Shown in pieces: positions 23,669-34,189 of a DNA stretch of 64,000 bases (the first letter of the stretch is position 1; every line of letters starts with the position of its first letter). The position numbers and the translations under genes were made by a program. Source of the DNA: an uncultured cyanobacterium. Lineage in GTDB: Bacteria; Cyanobacteriota; Cyanobacteriia; Cyanobacteriales; Nostocaceae. The stretch is from the NCBI GenBank assembly GCA_963706595.1, contig OY970166.1, positions 3,808,001 to 3,872,000 on the forward strand, in the 5' to 3' direction. The notes beneath the pieces were generated by a model that searched no databases, was not told where the DNA came from, and was given only the letters and a program-made list of their open reading frames with translations.

Positions 23669-24832
23669 TCAATAGCGGAAAATAGCTGCTACTGGTGCGT
23701 CATTTGGCATTTGTTCTGATTCAACCGTGTACACTTTCCCACCGTTGATAAATGTTTGAATAGCAGCCAAATCTAACATATCTTCATCATCTGGCTCAGG
23801 TTCTGAATGTACATCGACAGTCATTGCCTCTGGATCAAATTTACCCCAAATTTGCATATCTATTGGCACAAACATCGAGTCAACCCTTTGACAATAAGTA
23901 GCTGAGACAATTTCTTTAATATCACTAGAAGTTGTCCCAGTCCCAGATAGTTGCTGATAAAGTGCCATTGCTGACTGCTGATTTTCATCAAACAAAGGTT
24001 CCACAATAGGCCAAGCCTGTTTATGCAACTCTTCGGGCTTCGTCACTTCGGGATTACCCGTAATACCTGATTCAACAAAATGAGGATAAGTATTTGCCTC
24101 TTGGTAAATTGGGAACAGATACTCAACCCCTGCTAACACTAAAGGCGCATTGTCACCCCGGATTTTTTCGTGTACTGCCCTATCAATAATGTGACAAAAT
24201 TGTAAAATATCTGCTTGACGTTTATCTCTGTCAGGACTTCCCTGACCATGAACATCACCCGGCTGTTGAAACGAATTAGCAGTTCCCCCTCTAGGTGTAC
24301 CAATCCGATGCTGTACCCCTTTTTGAATATCATCCTCTAACAAAGCAGCATCCATACTTTGAGGCATATTTGCTACTTCCATCTCATTGAGACTGTAGCC
24401 CGTTCCCTCAAAAAACTTGATATCCTTTTGGCTAAGAGCTAACAGATAAAACTTGCCATCACTATTAATTAAATGCAGCAATGGCTTAAGATGGAAGCGG
24501 TGGCTCACAACTACCAGTTCTTGAAACGCCATGGGCAGACGGTAATAGCGAAACATTTGGGGAGAGATAAAAATTGCCAGTCCGTTATTTTGGTTTTGCC
24601 AGAAATCCGTTGTATCAAGTTCCTTCGCTGGTTGGAGAAAATCAATCGCCTCAGTGTGGCGCATCCCCATAGCATACAAACGTTCCTCAGCTTCACGGAT
24701 TAAGTTTTTAAACCGAATGGGGTTTTGGCGAATTTCCGGCCCAGCCTTTTGCGTATGCATATATAAAGAAACACAAGGGCTTTGGGAATTATCAACTAAA
24801 ATTTTGAGTTCATCATGGGATAATAGCATCAT
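23669..24832 (-). CDS. Bacterial archaeo-eukaryotic release factor (baeRF3/7-like) family protein
   Basis: PCVSLYM..QNPIRFKNL; FHLKPLL; PLVLAGV; ends VAAIFRY. Confidence 0.78.
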   Translation of the reverse strand: MMLLSHDELKILVDNSQSPCVSLYMHTQKAGPEIRQNPIRFKNLIREAEERLYAMGMRHTEAIDFLQPAKELDTTDFWQNQNNGLAIFISPQMFRYYRLPMAFQELVVVSHRFHLKPLLHLINSDGKFYLLALSQKDIKFFEGTGYSLNEMEVANMPQSMDAALLEDDIQKGVQHRIGTPRGGTANSFQQPGDVHGQGSPDRDKRQADILQFCHIIDRAVHEKIRGDNAPLVLAGVEYLFPIYQEANTYPHFVESGITGNPEVTKPEELHKQAWPIVEPLFDENQQSAMALYQQLSGTGTTSSDIKEIVSATYCQRVDSMFVPIDMQIWGKFDPEAMTVDVHSEPEPDDEDMLDLAAIQTFINGGKVYTVESEQMPNDAPVAAIFRY

Positions 24833-25107
24833 ATTATTGAACTCCTATCAATTAAAATTAAACAAGCTAACTTCATTGCACAGCAGGTTTAATTTAATTT
24901 CATCTTGCTTTTGATAAGAAACTACCTGCTATATACACCATTCTTTAGATAGATAAACCAGTGCTTCTAAATATGAATAGCTGCTAATTTTTCTATAATA
25001 AATAGCCCCCTGTCCCTGATGAAGGTTGGAGGTGACATGGGCTATGGTGATTTCAAAACCATGAAAATTTTTCAACTTGACTGAAAATAGCGGATGAAGC
25101 GGAACAA

Positions 25108-25761
25108 TTAAGATATATCAGTATGAGTTCGTTCTCTGTGAATATCTGTGCCATTTTGTGGCTGCATCACAAAACTTAAAGATGCTCGTTTCATAATCCA
25201 ATACAAACTTAGCAGAATCACAAAGGTGAGAGCAATAATTACTAAAGGCTGTCTACCAAGTAACTCCTCGATACCTGTAGTTAGTAAAGCATCAGGTTGA
25301 GTCACGAAATCCCAACTGTTGAAACGTAAGAACCTACCCCAGTACACACCAACCGCACAAAGCGCATGGGTAATCATTTCAGCCACTAAAATCCATTGAC
25401 TTTTACCTATGCGGTGTAAATAGTAACCTAAATTAATTAAAGATATGACGTAAGCTTCAAAGCCAGCCAAAATTACTACTAGATAAATCGGAATTAGCAC
25501 TAAGGTAATCATCCATACAGATTGAATCCGACGGATATCTTCTATAAAGTGAATTACATCAGTCAATAAATAAGGTGCATTCGGTAGAAATGCCAAGAAA
25601 ACCAGGAATCCTAGCCACCAAACCCCAGAACGTTGGCGTTTAATGCGAAATAACCAAACACTCAAAGCTAAAGGGATAAAAGCCAAAAATAAATTCCAAG
25701 TCATCCAACGCATATTAAAGCGTAAAATTTGTAAAAATGTAGCGATCAATTCCTCTTTCAT
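25108..25761 (-). CDS. DUF1361 membrane protein
   Basis: WNLFLAFIPL, FLPNAPYLLTD, GRFLRFNSWD. Confidence 0.85.
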   Translation of the reverse strand: MKEELIATFLQILRFNMRWMTWNLFLAFIPLALSVWLFRIKRQRSGVWWLGFLVFLAFLPNAPYLLTDVIHFIEDIRRIQSVWMITLVLIPIYLVVILAGFEAYVISLINLGYYLHRIGKSQWILVAEMITHALCAVGVYWGRFLRFNSWDFVTQPDALLTTGIEELLGRQPLVIIALTFVILLSLYWIMKRASLSFVMQPQNGTDIHRERTHTDIS

Positions 25762-26200
25762 AGTTGCTGACTCACAGGACTAAAAAGGATAATGGTTGAC
25801 TATGTAAATTTGACGCTAAAACCGTGCAAAAGGTTACTACTATTTTTTGTAGATTTAGACCAATTGACTATTATAGCGGGAAAATCAATAAAGCAAGTTC
25901 TCAGCAGGTTTTTCCACCACTGAGAACTGATGCTAGAAATTCTAAATTCCAGATTGTACACGCCATAAACTGGCATACATCCCATCAAACTCTAGTAAGT
26001 CCTCATGCTGACCCTGTTCCAGAATTTGACCATGATCTATCAAATCAATATAATGACTGTGGCGAATTTTGGAAAGACGGTGTGCGGTAAGCGTATCGCT
26101 AAAGCGTTTACGTACTATGCCGTAGGCTTTACGCGGTAGCGTGCCGGAGGCTCTAGCTATGCCGTTAGGCTTATCGCTATGGTAGTCAGAATCATTGTTA

Positions 26201-29200
26201 TTAGTTTGACCATTTTTGGTTAAGCAAAACGGTTTTCGGTTTAGGCATCAATTGTTTGCCAAATTTGGCGTAGAGAGCCGGAATAACCAATAAAGTCAAA
26301 GCTGTAGAAGTAAATAAACCGCCCAAAACTACAATTGCTAAGGGTTGCAGAATTTCATTTCCAGCCCCACTGGCGATCGCCAAAGGCAGCATCCCTAGTG
26401 CGGAAGTGAGTGCAGTCATCAGAATAGCATTAACTCGTTCTAGAGAACCGTTAACAATCACATCTTTGAGGGGCATTCCCTGAGCAAACTTATTGTTATA
26501 GTTGTCTACCAACAACAAGCCATTGCGGACAGCAACACCAAATAGGGTAATAAATCCAATCAAAGAAGCGATCGACATCACACCGCCACTCAAGGCAATG
26601 GAGATAATACCACCCACCAACGCCAAAGGCAGATTAAGCATGATGGCGATTGTCGCGGAGAGCGATTTAACGGAGAAGAACATCAACACCGCAATGGCGA
26701 TCGCTGCCAAAATACTAAATACCAGTAGATTATTAGTAGCACGCTGCTCCGATTCAAACTGTCCACCGTACTGGATGAAGTAGCCATTGGGGAGTTTGAT
26801 TTTCTGTTGAATTTGGGATTGAATATCGCCGACGACACTGCCCAAATCACGCTCGGCCACGTTTGCCGAAACAACAATCAGCCGTGATACATCTTCCCGA
26901 TTTACAACATTCGCCCCCATACCGTATTCTACTTTCGCAACCACACCCAATTGGATAGTTTGCCCAGTTGGGGTAGTGATGGGAATAGCGCGAATGGCAT
27001 CTAAACTATTGCGGGCTTTCTCCGTCAAAGAGATAGAAATATCAATAAGCTGCTGATTTTCTGCCACTTGCGATACTACACGACCATTTAAAGCAGTTTC
27101 CACCACATTTGATAACTGCTCCATACTCAATCCATAGGTAGCGGCGGCTGGGCGATCTAATGAATTTGTACCTGACGAATGGGCAGTTGGGGTTCAAGCT
27201 GCAAATCTACAACCCCAGCAATGGGCTGAATCACATCTCGCACTTGTTCGCCAATCTTTCGCAGTTCAATTAAATCAGGGCCAAAGATTTTCACAGCGAT
27301 CGCACTTCTCACCCCCGACAGCACTTCATCCATACGGTGAGAAATAAATCCACCAATGTTAGATGCTACACCAGGCAGTTTATTGAACTCTTGCCGCAAT
27401 TGTTTAATACTGGCTTCCCGGTCTTCGAGGGCGCGATCGCTCAATTCTACGTCCACATGAGCCATACTCACTCCCGCCCCATCTGCATCTCCTGGAGTGC
27501 GTCCTGCCCGTATCTGCACCCACTCATACAAAGGATTATCTTGAAGCGCACTAGACAGTGCTATCCCAGCCCGATTGGTCATATCAAGGGAAACACCCGG
27601 AAATAAAACCATTGAATTGACCAATGATTTCTCCTGAAATTCGGGCAGAAACACCCGTCCCAGGGAGGGAATAATCGCAAAAGCCGCAACCAAGGCTGCA
27701 AGTGCTACACCCAGAATGATTTGAGGCGATCGCAGCGACAGATTTAACAATGGACGATATAACCGTTCTGCCCAACGGGAGATAAATGTACCTTCTTGCG
27801 GTAGGGTTTGATTTGCCAGCAGAATGGCACACAAGGCAGGCGAAAGGGTCATAGCCACCAAAGTAGACGCACAGATTGAGAGCAAATATGCAAAACCCAT
27901 CGGTGCAAAAATATTGCCCTCAACACCCGTCAAACTAAAAATTGGTGCAAACACGACCACAATAATCACCGTGGAAAAAATCACGGCTAACCGCACCTGT
28001 ACAGAGGTTTCATACACCACCTCGAAAGGATGCTTCAGATTGCCTTGCGCCTGATTGGTTCGCAGTCCGCGATAGCAGTTTTCCATGTCCACGATTGAGT
28101 CATCCACAACTGAACCAATGGCTACGACTAAACCGCCCAAGGTCATGGTATTAATGCCCAAGCCAAAAGCTTTCATGAACATTAAGCCAATCAACAGTGA
28201 CAGAGGAATTGCACTGAGAGTAATTACAGCAGTACGCCAATTCATCAGAAATAACAGCATAATCACCGATACGATGATGATGCCTTGAATTAGGGAACTG
28301 CTGACATTGGCAATGGCAGTATCAATAAAGTTAGACTGTCGGAATGTTCGCGCCACTTGCACATCAGAGGGAAATGTGTCCTGCAAAGATTGCAGCATCG
28401 CTTCTACTGCTTTTGTCACCGTGGGAGTATCAACATCAGGCTGTTTGTTAATCATCATCACCACAGCCGGCTGACCATTAAAACTAGCATCTCCCCGCTT
28501 CAGTGCTGCACCCGTTTTGACTTCCGCCACATCTTTGAGTAAAATCGGTTTCCCATCTTGCACCTTCACCACAGATTGCTGCAAGTCTGCAATTGATTTC
28601 ACCTGTCCAATACCGCGTACTAACAGTTCTTGACCACCACCAATGAGAAATCCACCAGGAGCGTTAGAATTTGCGCTTTTAGCAGCATTAGTCACTTCGG
28701 TCAGGGAAACATTAAGCGATCGCAATTTTTCTGGATCAACTAGCACCTGTTCCTGTCGTTCATCCCCACCGTAAACAGTAACTTGGGTAACTCCCGGCAC
28801 AGATAAAATTTGGTTGCTCAGGGTGCTATCAACAAGACGACGCAAATCCATCAGCGAGGTTTTTCCCTGCCCATTCACAGTAAAGGCATACTGTAAAATC
28901 GTACCCAAGGGCGATGCTAACGGTGAAATTTCCGGTGGATGCACCCCTTCAGGTAACTGATTTGTCACCTGCTGGAGTCGTTCTGTCACTGATTGCCGGG
29001 CTTTATAAATGTCGGCTTCCTGGTCAAACACCACCTGCACCATCGACAGCCCAACTTTGGAGGAAGATCGTACCGTAGTCACCCCCGGCAAACCATTCAC
29101 CGCGCTTTCAATCGGCACAGTAATTTGTGATTCCACTTCCTCTGGTGCTAGTCCAGTCGCTTCGGTGTGAATATCCACTTGGGGGGGCGCAAATTCAGGA

Positions 29201-29328
29201 AAAACGTCCAGTGGCATTTGTGTGACAGTGAAGACTCCCCAAACCGTCACTAAAATCGCACAGATAACTATAAACCAACGTTGGGCAATTGAGTTTTTGA
29301 GAATCTGATTCAGAATGGAACTCAACAT
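26201..29328 (-). pseudogene. Heavy-metal RND efflux permease (CzcA/CusA/NrsA-like) split by a 1-bp frameshift at ~27157
   Basis: ORFs 27157-29328 and 26201-27130 are the two halves (LDVFPEF, GSVVDDSIVDMEN; ERVNAILMTAL). Adding one base gives QIH-Y-DRPAAATYGLSMEQ. Confidence 0.85.
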
Positions 29329-29444
29329 TTCAATTAAAAATCTCCTTTCTTATAGGACTTACGCAATAACTCTCCGAAACTCTTATTTCTCTGTGTCATC
29401 TGCGCCTCTGCGGTTCGTTAGATAATTTATTTCTTGGAAGTCCC

Positions 29445-30122
29445 TTATTCAGATAAATCGCTTTTCTTTTTACCCATACCTACAACAACAGCGATCGCTC
29501 CACCCACAAGCACAACTCCACCACCGACTCCTGCTAAAATACCCATCGGCAATCCACCACTTGCTTGCTGAGTTGTTTCACCAGCCTGTGAGACGAGATT
29601 ACCGCTTGCATCATGGCTATGAGGTATTCCTTGAGCATCTGCCTGAGCATGGGCTGTATCAGTTTTAGGAGTGGCGATCGCATCTGGACTGGGTGCTGTA
29701 TCGGCGGTTTGAGTTTTACGCGATTCGGCATAGAGCGACAAACTACCTTGGGTAACAAGTTTTTCCCCAACTGACAATCCTTTGGTAATAGCGATTAATT
29801 CGCCTTTGGTCTCACCTGTGCTAACTTCCACTGGCTCATAAAAATTCTCATACTGCACAAAGACTAGCTGCTTGCCATCAGCATCAACCAATGCCGTCAC
29901 CGGAATCATCACAGCAGATCCACCATCCGCAGAGGAGGCGATCGGCGTTACCACAATACCTAATAGTTCATCGGTTTGGGAATTGACTTTCACCCGATCA
30001 ATGCCGCCCGTTGCTTGAAATTCATCACCATGCCCAACGTGAGCAAATACAACTGTGGGCGCACTGATAATTAAACTGGCTGCCAGAATGGAACTCATTA
30101 GCATAAAAGGTTTCATAATCAC
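29445..30122 (-). CDS. Short RND periplasmic adaptor-like protein (NrsB-like)
   Basis: Signal peptide, AHVGHGDEF, IPVTALVD...GLSVGEKLVTQG, C-terminal TM with basic tail; upstream of the RND gene. Confidence 0.75.
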   Translation of the reverse strand: MIMKPFMLMSSILAASLIISAPTVVFAHVGHGDEFQATGGIDRVKVNSQTDELLGIVVTPIASSADGGSAVMIPVTALVDADGKQLVFVQYENFYEPVEVSTGETKGELIAITKGLSVGEKLVTQGSLSLYAESRKTQTADTAPSPDAIATPKTDTAHAQADAQGIPHSHDASGNLVSQAGETTQQASGGLPMGILAGVGGGVVLVGGAIAVVVGMGKKKSDLSE

Positions 30123-30179
30123 TCCTCACAATGGATAGGGGGTTAAACAAAAGTTCTCCATAGTTTGCCAAAGGTCAGA

Positions 30180-30198
30180 TGAAATCCAGGTGAAATGG
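30180..30198 (-). promoter_or_regulatory. NrsR/RppA-type direct-repeat operator
   Basis: Minus strand CCATTTCA-CCT-GGATTTCA, resembling the GA(A/T)TTTCA-N3 repeat of the Synechocystis nrs promoter as recalled. Confidence 0.65.
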
Positions 30199-30217
30199 CA
30201 AAAGTTTTTGTAAGATC

Positions 30218-30369
30218 ACGTGAGTTCGACAAATTTAAAAAACCCCTCTCCAAACCTCTCCCCTGCAAGGAGAGAGGCTTCAAAGCCTTTATTTAGTGTT
30301 GAGTTTTAGAAATATTTAAGCCCCTCTCCGCGTCGGAGAGGGGTTGGGGAGAGGTTATCGAACTCACGT
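30218..30369. mobile_element. MITE with 12-bp TIR acgtgagttcga
   Basis: acgtgagttcga...tcgaactcacgt; flanks taagatc / taaaatc (7-bp near-duplication); internal REP-like hairpins. Confidence 0.78.
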
Positions 30370-30403
30370 TAAAATCAAGCTCGTGGTTGATTTCCCTGAA
30401 GTG

Positions 30404-31099
30404 ATGCGAATTTTACTGGTGGAAGATGAAGCAGATTTGGGACTGGCAATTAAGCAAGTCCTAATTAGCGAAAGATATGTTGTGGATTGGGTGACAGATG
30501 GCACTGAAGCATGGCTGTGCTTGGAAAGCCAGTGGACAGACTACACAGTTGCTATTGTTGATTGGCTACTGCCGGAAATGTCGGGATTACAGTTATGTCA
30601 GAAGCTCAGACTACACCAAAATCCTTTACCAGTGCTGATGCTGACTGCTTTAGGGCAGCCGGAAAATCGTGTAGCAGGGCTGGATGCGGGGGCTGATGAT
30701 TATTTAGTCAAACCGTTTGTAATGGAAGAATTGCTGGCACGGTTGCGGGCGCTTCAAAGGCGATCGCCTCAACTACAATCATCTACTCTGACTGTTGCAG
30801 GTTTTACTCTGGATACAGCAAATAATGTCCTTCAAGTAAATTCCGATGGATCTACACCCTTAGTCATTCCCTTAACCACCAAAGAATTTCAGCTGCTCAT
30901 GTATTTGATGCAGAACCCCAATCGCATCATTCCCGGTAGTAAATTGCGTCATCAACTTTGGGATATGGATGAAGAGCCGATTAGTAATGTAGTTGCGGCG
31001 CAAATGCGCTTATTACGTCGCAAGTTAGCAAATCATGGCTGTCTCTGCCCGATTGAAACTGTTCCTGGTGCTGGCTATCGCTTTACAGCACTCAGGTAA
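30404..31099 (+). CDS. rppA: OmpR-family response regulator RppA/NrsR
   Basis: MRILLVEDE, DWLLP, GADDYLVKPF, SNVVAAQMRLLRRKL; the track's TTG start at 30344 lies inside the MITE. Confidence 0.85.
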   Translation: MRILLVEDEADLGLAIKQVLISERYVVDWVTDGTEAWLCLESQWTDYTVAIVDWLLPEMSGLQLCQKLRLHQNPLPVLMLTALGQPENRVAGLDAGADDYLVKPFVMEELLARLRALQRRSPQLQSSTLTVAGFTLDTANNVLQVNSDGSTPLVIPLTTKEFQLLMYLMQNPNRIIPGSKLRHQLWDMDEEPISNVVAAQMRLLRRKLANHGCLCPIETVPGAGYRFTALR

Positions 31100-31194
31100 A
31101 TGAACTACATTCTCACATCACGCAAAGGCGCAAAGGCGCAAAGGAAGAAGAAAGAATATATATTGCTGTGGTCTAAATAGTATGAAAACTGCTG
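31086..31194. mobile_element. TA-flanked 109-bp MITE in the 3' end of rppA
   Basis: TA|cagca...tgctg|TA; removing it restores an ATGA overlap with rppB. Confidence 0.75.
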
Positions 31195-31215
31195 TAATTC
31201 TCAAGTTGAATTCTC

Positions 31216-32565
31216 ATGAATAGCTACTCTCTTTTTCGGCGCAGTCGTCTACGGTTAGCCCTCTGGTATGCGGGAGTTATGGGTGTGATTTTGAGTGTTT
31301 CTGGCTTGGGGATGTATCGCGCAATGGTACAAACAAAGTGGGCAGGAATGGAGCGCGAAATTGAATCAATTGCTGGAACTTTACACGATAGCGTTGAACC
31401 ACTGTTACCGCCTTCTGAAGAACCGACTGCGGTTTTGCAACAAATTTTTCCCGATCTTTGTGTAAGTGGACAACCTTGTAAGGCTACCCCAACGCTGATT
31501 CAACGGCACACTATCGGTATCAGCGATCGCACTACATATTATATTCGTCTGTTCAATCATCAAGGGAAACTCCTGGCTTTTTCACCCAATCAACCGTTAT
31601 CTCTGCCGCCAACTCTCAACCGCAGTTCATGGCAAACTTTTCGCACTGCTAAAGGCATTCGCTATCACCAATTCACTACAATTTTGCATAGTGCCAATGC
31701 TGATTCATCCTGGGGCTATTTGCAAATTGGCCGCACTTTAGAACATTTTGATGGGGAAATCAGGCGGATTCGATGGATTATGGCGATTGGGTTGCCTATT
31801 GCTCTGAGTTTGGTCGTTACTTCCAGTTGGTGGCTTTCAGGATTAGCCATGCAGCCGATTTATCAGTCCTATCAGCAACAGCAACAGTTTACTGCAAATG
31901 CTGCCCATGAATTGCGATCGCCTCTGGCTAGTCTGTTGGCGACTGTGGAAGCTATTCTCCGTATACCGCAATCCAATCAACAAGATATACAAATCATGCT
32001 TCATACTGTTGAGCGACAAGGACGAAGGTTGAGCCATTTAATCGCTGACTTACTCTTGTTAACCAGTCTGGAGCAAAATTCAGGTGCAAAACCTTTTCAG
32101 CCCTGTTGCTTAAATGATTTGGTGAGCGATTTGACCGAAGAATTTTTAGAGATGGCTACTGCTGCTGATATAAACTTAACCTGCCAAATTCCCACTGGCG
32201 AGGTTTATGCTCTAGGTAATGAATCGCAACTTTACCGTTTAGTGTCAAACTTGATTGCCAATGCCATCCAGTATACACCGAGTGGGGGATATGTAACTGT
32301 TAACTTAGTCAAGAGTGATTACACTGCTATTACTGCGGTGAAAGATACGGGGATTGGGATTGCGCTTGCTGATCAAAAGCGAATTTTTGACCGCTTTTAC
32401 CGTGTTGATGGCGATCGCTCTCGTAAAACCGGAGGTACAGGGTTGGGGTTAGCTATTGCACAGGCGATCGCCCAAAAACATCAAGCGCATCTGAAAGTTG
32501 AAAGTCAGGTGGGAAAAGGTAGTATTTTTACGCTAGAGATGAAAGTTTTATCTTCTAATATATAG
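31216..32565 (+). CDS. rppB: Sensor histidine kinase RppB/NrsS
   Basis: LALWYAGVMG, ESIAGTLHDS, FTANAAHELRSPL, FDRFYRV, GGTGLGLAI. Confidence 0.88.
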   Translation: MNSYSLFRRSRLRLALWYAGVMGVILSVSGLGMYRAMVQTKWAGMEREIESIAGTLHDSVEPLLPPSEEPTAVLQQIFPDLCVSGQPCKATPTLIQRHTIGISDRTTYYIRLFNHQGKLLAFSPNQPLSLPPTLNRSSWQTFRTAKGIRYHQFTTILHSANADSSWGYLQIGRTLEHFDGEIRRIRWIMAIGLPIALSLVVTSSWWLSGLAMQPIYQSYQQQQQFTANAAHELRSPLASLLATVEAILRIPQSNQQDIQIMLHTVERQGRRLSHLIADLLLLTSLEQNSGAKPFQPCCLNDLVSDLTEEFLEMATAADINLTCQIPTGEVYALGNESQLYRLVSNLIANAIQYTPSGGYVTVNLVKSDYTAITAVKDTGIGIALADQKRIFDRFYRVDGDRSRKTGGTGLGLAIAQAIAQKHQAHLKVESQVGKGSIFTLEMKVLSSNI

Positions 32566-32772
32566 AAAGTATATTTATTCTCATGTTCCCCTGAAAAATG
32601 AAAATGGTAATTTAGCCAACATTCTGTTTCTGGGTCTTCAAAAATCAGGCGATCGCACAACCGCAAATCACCAATAGCCAACTCCAACCCTGACGCAGCT
32701 TTATTTCTCGCCATAGATTTTTGACCCACTGGCAGCGATACAATAAACACAAATCCATAAAAGGCGGTCTTT

Positions 32773-33546
32773 ATGGCGACACAACTCGATAAAGCCAAAG
32801 AGCTACAAAATCTGGTAATCTCTTGGGAAGCGTTGCCGGATGATTTTCAACTAGAGGATGAACCAGTGGAAAATACAGGTCAGCCAATCTTGGCTGGTGC
32901 TTTGCGTGAAAGCTTAGAAATTAGCGGTTTCATCCAACCGCAGATGTTGATTGCTTCCAATTTTGGTCTTTGTGCAACTATTAATGGACAATTAATTCTC
33001 AAAGCTCCAGATTGGCTTTATATTCCTAGTGTTAATGAAATTTTAAGCGAACTGCCTGCAGCAGCGCTTCGCGAACGCAAAAGTTACACACCGAATTTAC
33101 AAGGTGATGTTCCCGCCGTGGTGATGGAATTTCTCTCTGATACGGACGGCGAAGAATATTCTGTCAAACGAACTTATCCCCCTGGAAAATGGTTTTTTTA
33201 CGAGCAAATTTTGCAAGTTCCTGTTTATGTGATTTTTGACCCTAACGGCGGTTTATTGGAATTTTATCACCTGGAAAATGGCCGCTATGAATTAAAACAA
33301 CCGGATGAAAATGGTCGTCATTGGATTTCGGCGATGAACTTATTTTTGGGTACTTGGCAAGGTATCAAAGAAGCCAGAACTGGTTACTGGTTACGCTGGT
33401 GGGATCAGGAGGGTAACTTGTTACCTTGGGCTGTGGAACGAGTGGAACAAGAACGCCAACGTGCTGAACAAGAACGCCAGGAAAAAGAGCGCCTGATGGC
33501 TTATTTGCGATCGCAAGGTATCGACCCGAATAATTTGCCCACATAG
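32773..33546 (+). CDS. Uma2-family (PDDEXK-like) endonuclease
   Basis: KAPDWLY, VVMEFLS, KWFFYEQIL, YWLRWWD, ERQRAEQE coiled tail, LRSQGIDP. Confidence 0.9.
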   Translation: MATQLDKAKELQNLVISWEALPDDFQLEDEPVENTGQPILAGALRESLEISGFIQPQMLIASNFGLCATINGQLILKAPDWLYIPSVNEILSELPAAALRERKSYTPNLQGDVPAVVMEFLSDTDGEEYSVKRTYPPGKWFFYEQILQVPVYVIFDPNGGLLEFYHLENGRYELKQPDENGRHWISAMNLFLGTWQGIKEARTGYWLRWWDQEGNLLPWAVERVEQERQRAEQERQEKERLMAYLRSQGIDPNNLPT

Positions 33547-33645
33547 CAAAATGCTGAGTAGAAACTGCGTAGGCGCGGGTTTTGGCAGTTAGTCTGTGGT
33601 TCGACGAAATTATTCATCAACCCGCCCGTACAGTAGTTAGGATAT

Positions 33646-34113
33646 TTACTGAGATTGACCGCAGTATTTATTCAGGTCTTCTGCTAACGCATCGGATTTT
33701 TTGCCAGCACTCTGGGCTGATGTGAAAGATGTATCAATTTCTGTTCTTGCTTTTTGGAGTTTTTCCCTCCCTGTGGCTGATGCTTCCGCACTTTTGGCTG
33801 TACCAAGTGCTTGAGATGCTTTAGCGATCGCTTGACCAAGATTCTCGAATATAGTGGCAAAATCGCGTTGAAATTCTTTGAGATTCGGGTCTGTTAAATT
33901 CAGTTCTTTTAAAGATTTAGTAATCACTTGCAAATCCCTGGAAAGTTGCAAGCTGGTGATCACCTGATCTCCTTTGTTTTGGTCAATCAAAGAGTTGCCG
34001 GCATTCACCACCTGAATCAGTCGCTGACATTGGGTGACTTGATCCTCACAACTACTCAGCAGTAAAGCAATACTCAAACTCACAGGAGCAATCACAATCA
34101 ACTTACGCCACAC
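33646..34113 (-). CDS. Hypothetical lipoprotein
   Basis: Lipobox LLSSC; helical body. Confidence 0.75.
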   Translation of the reverse strand: MWRKLIVIAPVSLSIALLLSSCEDQVTQCQRLIQVVNAGNSLIDQNKGDQVITSLQLSRDLQVITKSLKELNLTDPNLKEFQRDFATIFENLGQAIAKASQALGTAKSAEASATGREKLQKARTEIDTSFTSAQSAGKKSDALAEDLNKYCGQSQ

Positions 34114-34189
34114 AGATAATCCCTCAACACCAATAAAACCCCAACAATCTTAGCTAATAATTGAGTGATTTCGCCGTGTAAAATGTAGT

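Noticed and set aside
25800..26180. Short ORFs between DUF1361 and the RND gene
   Set aside because: No motifs or RBS; the region ends in a cluster of small dispersed repeats (gccgtaggc-type)
30344..30403. Extended N-termini from the ORF track (rppA 30344; also 41091, 42973, 49526, 57976)
   Set aside because: Extensions run through repeats or lack family similarity; downstream ATGs fit the family starts or RBS better
32505..32714. Minus-strand ORF MARNKAASGLELAIGDLRLCDRL...
   Set aside because: Overlaps the rppB 3' end, has no recognisable motif and leaves little promoter space; it could be a gene remnant but is unsupported
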